Assembly (NCBI RefSeq): GCF_001194135.2
Contig: NC_068981.1
Span: 70,968,962-71,005,817, forward strand
DNA: 36,856 nt
Direction: 5' to 3'
Origin: Octopus bimaculoides
Taxonomy: Eukaryota
Part shown: piece after piece, positions 34,321-36,856 of the stretch
Position numbering within the stretch: position 1 is the first letter of the stretch
Layout of the letters: each line of letters begins with the position of its first letter
Notes under the pieces: generated by a model
The model's database searches: none
What the model saw: only the letters and a program-made list of their open reading frames with translations
Told to the model about the DNA's origin: nothing
Made by a program: the position numbers and the translations under genes

Positions 34321-35180
34321 TCGTATTGTTAATCAATAAGAGTTATAGACAACGAACAATGTTTACTGGTAACTGCCGTCTATAATTTTTATAAAGCCAA
34401 GTTTATTCATTATAATACATTTACCTGTAACTTCAAATTAACAAAACTAGTGAATTTGCTTAAGTAGTTTTTCGGTTTTATACAAGTAAATACATTCTAT
34501 GTTTCACAACAAAATGAGGTTCACAAAAAGTAATGAAATTGTCGAAATCACTTTTGAGTAAAATGGTTTTACTTGAAAAGCAGGTTGACGAAGATGAAAA
34601 ACAAAAGAGAATACGAAAAAAGTAAGAAGAAATAAGGTGGTTACTTAGTAAAAAGCGAATGACGAAAATTGCGAAAGTTTAGAGAGATATAAGATAAATA
34701 GGTCACATATAAGATAAATAGTTGCAGTATTGTTAAATGTTTTGTCGTATAGCAGTGAACGTTTGTTTTTATATATAAATGTACACGTGTATGTACATAT
34801 GTTTATAGAGTATATAAACATATTAATGATTTGTTGGTACGTGAGATTTCGTTATGCAACCATAATATACTATAAAGCATATTAAATGTTTTTGTTATAT
34901 CTCAACACCCCGTTCTACTGCGTTTACATTATTTTGTTAAGGTTATTCTACAGATATTCTGTAGAGATTTTAGCCAGGCCTGATTTTTGCTACAACGTTT
35001 TGTATCGAGACGTGACACAGACAGTTGCAGAAGAGTTAACGAAGCTGTCGCTAGTAGGAAGGGCACATCAGACATTCTGACTGCGTCCGCATATTGGAGT
35101 TCTATAGCGTATATTTGAACAGAGACATAGGCATAATTCAGGCGGCTATAGGCTCAATGCAAACGGCCTTAGGCTAATTA

Positions 35181-35505
35181 AGACGGCTTCTGGAGGCTGT
35201 GGTCAAACCCTGGCTGCAGAGGGTTGCTGATAGAAGGTCATATGTATAACATCAAGATTCGGTTCGTGCTATATGTCCAGAAAGTGTCAGAAGTGGTAGT
35301 TGGAGAATTTCTATGACTTCATCAGTCACAATTTCTGATCTCCTAATTCCCCCAATTGTAATCGCACGGATTACTGTGTACGGGGATAGATTGAGAAAGA
35401 CAGAGCCCCTGCAACACCAAGGCTGAGTTGGTGGCCAAGATCAGGGAGCTGTTCGGAGATCTTTCTAGGGAGACAAGGAGGAACGCATGCTCTAAATTTC
35501 GTAAG
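35181..35505 (+). pseudogene. Tc1/mariner-superfamily transposase C-terminal remnant
   Basis: RLLEAVVKPW...HQDS(second catalytic D)...SRKCQKW*LENFYDF...SPNSPNCN(SPD-N-P motif)..DYCV.G*IEK...CNTKAELVAKIRELF. It has stops and no TIRs were found. Confidence 0.8.
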
Positions 35506-35799
35506 CTGTCTACTCGTTAGATGAGCATGACCATCGCTAGCAGGTATGTCAGTTATGCTCGTGTAAAGGTTTTAAGTCGATTGCAGTCTGTACAAAACCA
35601 CAATGACTCTCACTGGCAATACCAAAGATCCTAGAGACAAGCAAAGTGCAACATATCCGGCTCAGTAGAAGAGCGGGTTTTATATACGAGTTAGTCCTCT
35701 CCTATAGGGATGTCTCAATAAAGACCAGAGGTCCCTCATTCCCGGTGGGCTTACTGCGCCCTCAGACACTAACCCAATTATTTCTACGTTCCAGTACTC

Positions 35800-35900
35800 A
35801 TATGCCAGTTAACTCATAGATGAGACCCTAACAGGTGCTACTACTCCGGGTCAGAGTGAACCAGACTCACACTACTGGATGCAGTTTAAAGTCAGAACAC
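35800..35900. mobile_element. short internally deleted dispersed-repeat fragment
   Basis: catagatgagaccctaacaggtgctactactccgggtcagagtg...gatgcagttta is recalled as an abundant octopus repeat; single copy here. Confidence 0.4.
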
Positions 35901-35981
35901 ACACACACACACAACACACACACACACACATGAACATATATATATATATATTTATACATATGCATGTATATATATCAGGAT

Positions 35982-36031
<50 letters not shown>

Positions 36032-36032
36032 C
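35896..36032. repeat. (CA)n/(TA)n compound microsatellite
   Basis: Read directly. Confidence 0.93.
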
Positions 36033-36034
36033 AG

Positions 36035-36255
36035 TTCTATATTTAAGAGATGAGGAATTATTTACATTATTTACATTATCTACATTTGACGGATATTCGT
36101 CCTCATCTTGTTTGTTGTTAACACAACGTTTCGGCTGATATACCCTCCAGCCTTCGTCAGGTGTCTTGGGGAAATTTCGAACCTGGGTTCTCATTTCTAT
36201 CGATGTTACTATCGATGAGGACGAATATCCGTCAAATGTAGATAATGTAAATAAT
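36035..36255 (-). mobile_element. Penelope-type terminal repeat (minus strand) with an inverted partial duplicate
   Basis: 36035-36200 is the reverse complement of the 29425-29579 body. 36214-36255 is a perfect 42-bp inverted copy of 36066-36107. Confidence 0.88.
36121..36164 (-). ncRNA. minimal type I hammerhead ribozyme motif, all core positions intact
   Basis: The minus strand reads ACAC-CTGACGA-A-GGCTG-gagggtatat-CAGCC-GAAA-CG-TT-GTGT: 4-bp stem I, 5-bp stem II, CG mini stem III and a GUU cleavage triplet. Confidence 0.78.
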
Positions 36256-36283
36256 ATATATACATATGTTTATAAAAAAAAAA

Positions 36284-36530
36284 TGGGTATGGTTTAGTGG
36301 TTAGAGCCTCGATCTTACGATTGTGGGGTTGTGAGTTGCGACGTCACTGGTGCTAAACTGTATCGGTTTTTGCCTTTCCCTTGGGTAACATCGGTGGCAC
36401 GGAGAGGGGAGGCTGATATGCATGGGCGACTGCTGGTTTTCCATAAACGATCTTGCCCGTACTTGTGCCTAGAAGGAGAACTTTCTAGGTCCAATCACAT
36501 GGCCATCTGTGACCGAAGGGAGTCTTTACT
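36284..36530 (+). mobile_element. family-C tRNA-derived SINE with central deletion
   Basis: tggtttagtggttagagc A box. The B box and CORE-like part are deleted at gtgagtt|gcgacgtcactg. The remainder matches the reverse complement of 30860-30950. Confidence 0.8.
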
Positions 36531-36856
36531 ATCTATGTACCCTCTAGAACCCGAGAAAAACGTTCCCACAATTTCTTACTGAACAACCTGCACATGATGA
36601 TTTGTTTACAGGTGGTCAAATGTTCGTGCTACACATTAACTCCGTCCCCCATCAAATCGACATAACCTATACATGCGCACGGTTTACTACACGTCAAATG
36701 TAGAATTGATCGAAGGAGAAGGTGAGATGAAGAGTTCTGTTCAACATAAACGCGTCAGAAAATTATGGAGGTTGGATAGCAAAGGAAGGAGTCTATGTGT
36801 GTGTCTATGTGTGTCTGTGTATATCTATACATGAGTATATGTGTACATATATATAT

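Overview
AT-rich, microsatellite-dense animal (eukaryotic) genomic scaffold with five N-gaps (2420-2872, 22510-23458, 31591-32420, 32865-32892, 33811-33820). The SINE, Penelope and Dong/R4 content resembles an octopus genome; this is recognition from memory, not a database result. I find no intact host protein-coding gene, and nearly all ORF-track entries are microsatellite, gap or decayed-TE artefacts. The window is a transposon graveyard. It holds three tandem R4/Dong-type non-LTR retrotransposon copies, each ending in a trinucleotide microsatellite (8.5-14.9 kb). It also holds a Penelope-like GIY-YIG remnant, a full-length decayed Chapaev3-type DNA transposon with TIRs and a TTA target duplication (16409-18597), L1/Tx1-like, I/Jockey-like and mariner remnants, and many tRNA-derived SINEs. 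The most interesting signal is a Penelope terminal-repeat family carrying a minimal type I hammerhead ribozyme (intact at 36121-36164 on the minus strand, near-intact at 29459-29502) behind a tRNA-like Pol III head. In a third copy (15617-15816) the ribozyme core has been replaced by a 200-bp piece of Chapaev transposase. No clearly new biological system is demonstrable from sequence alone.
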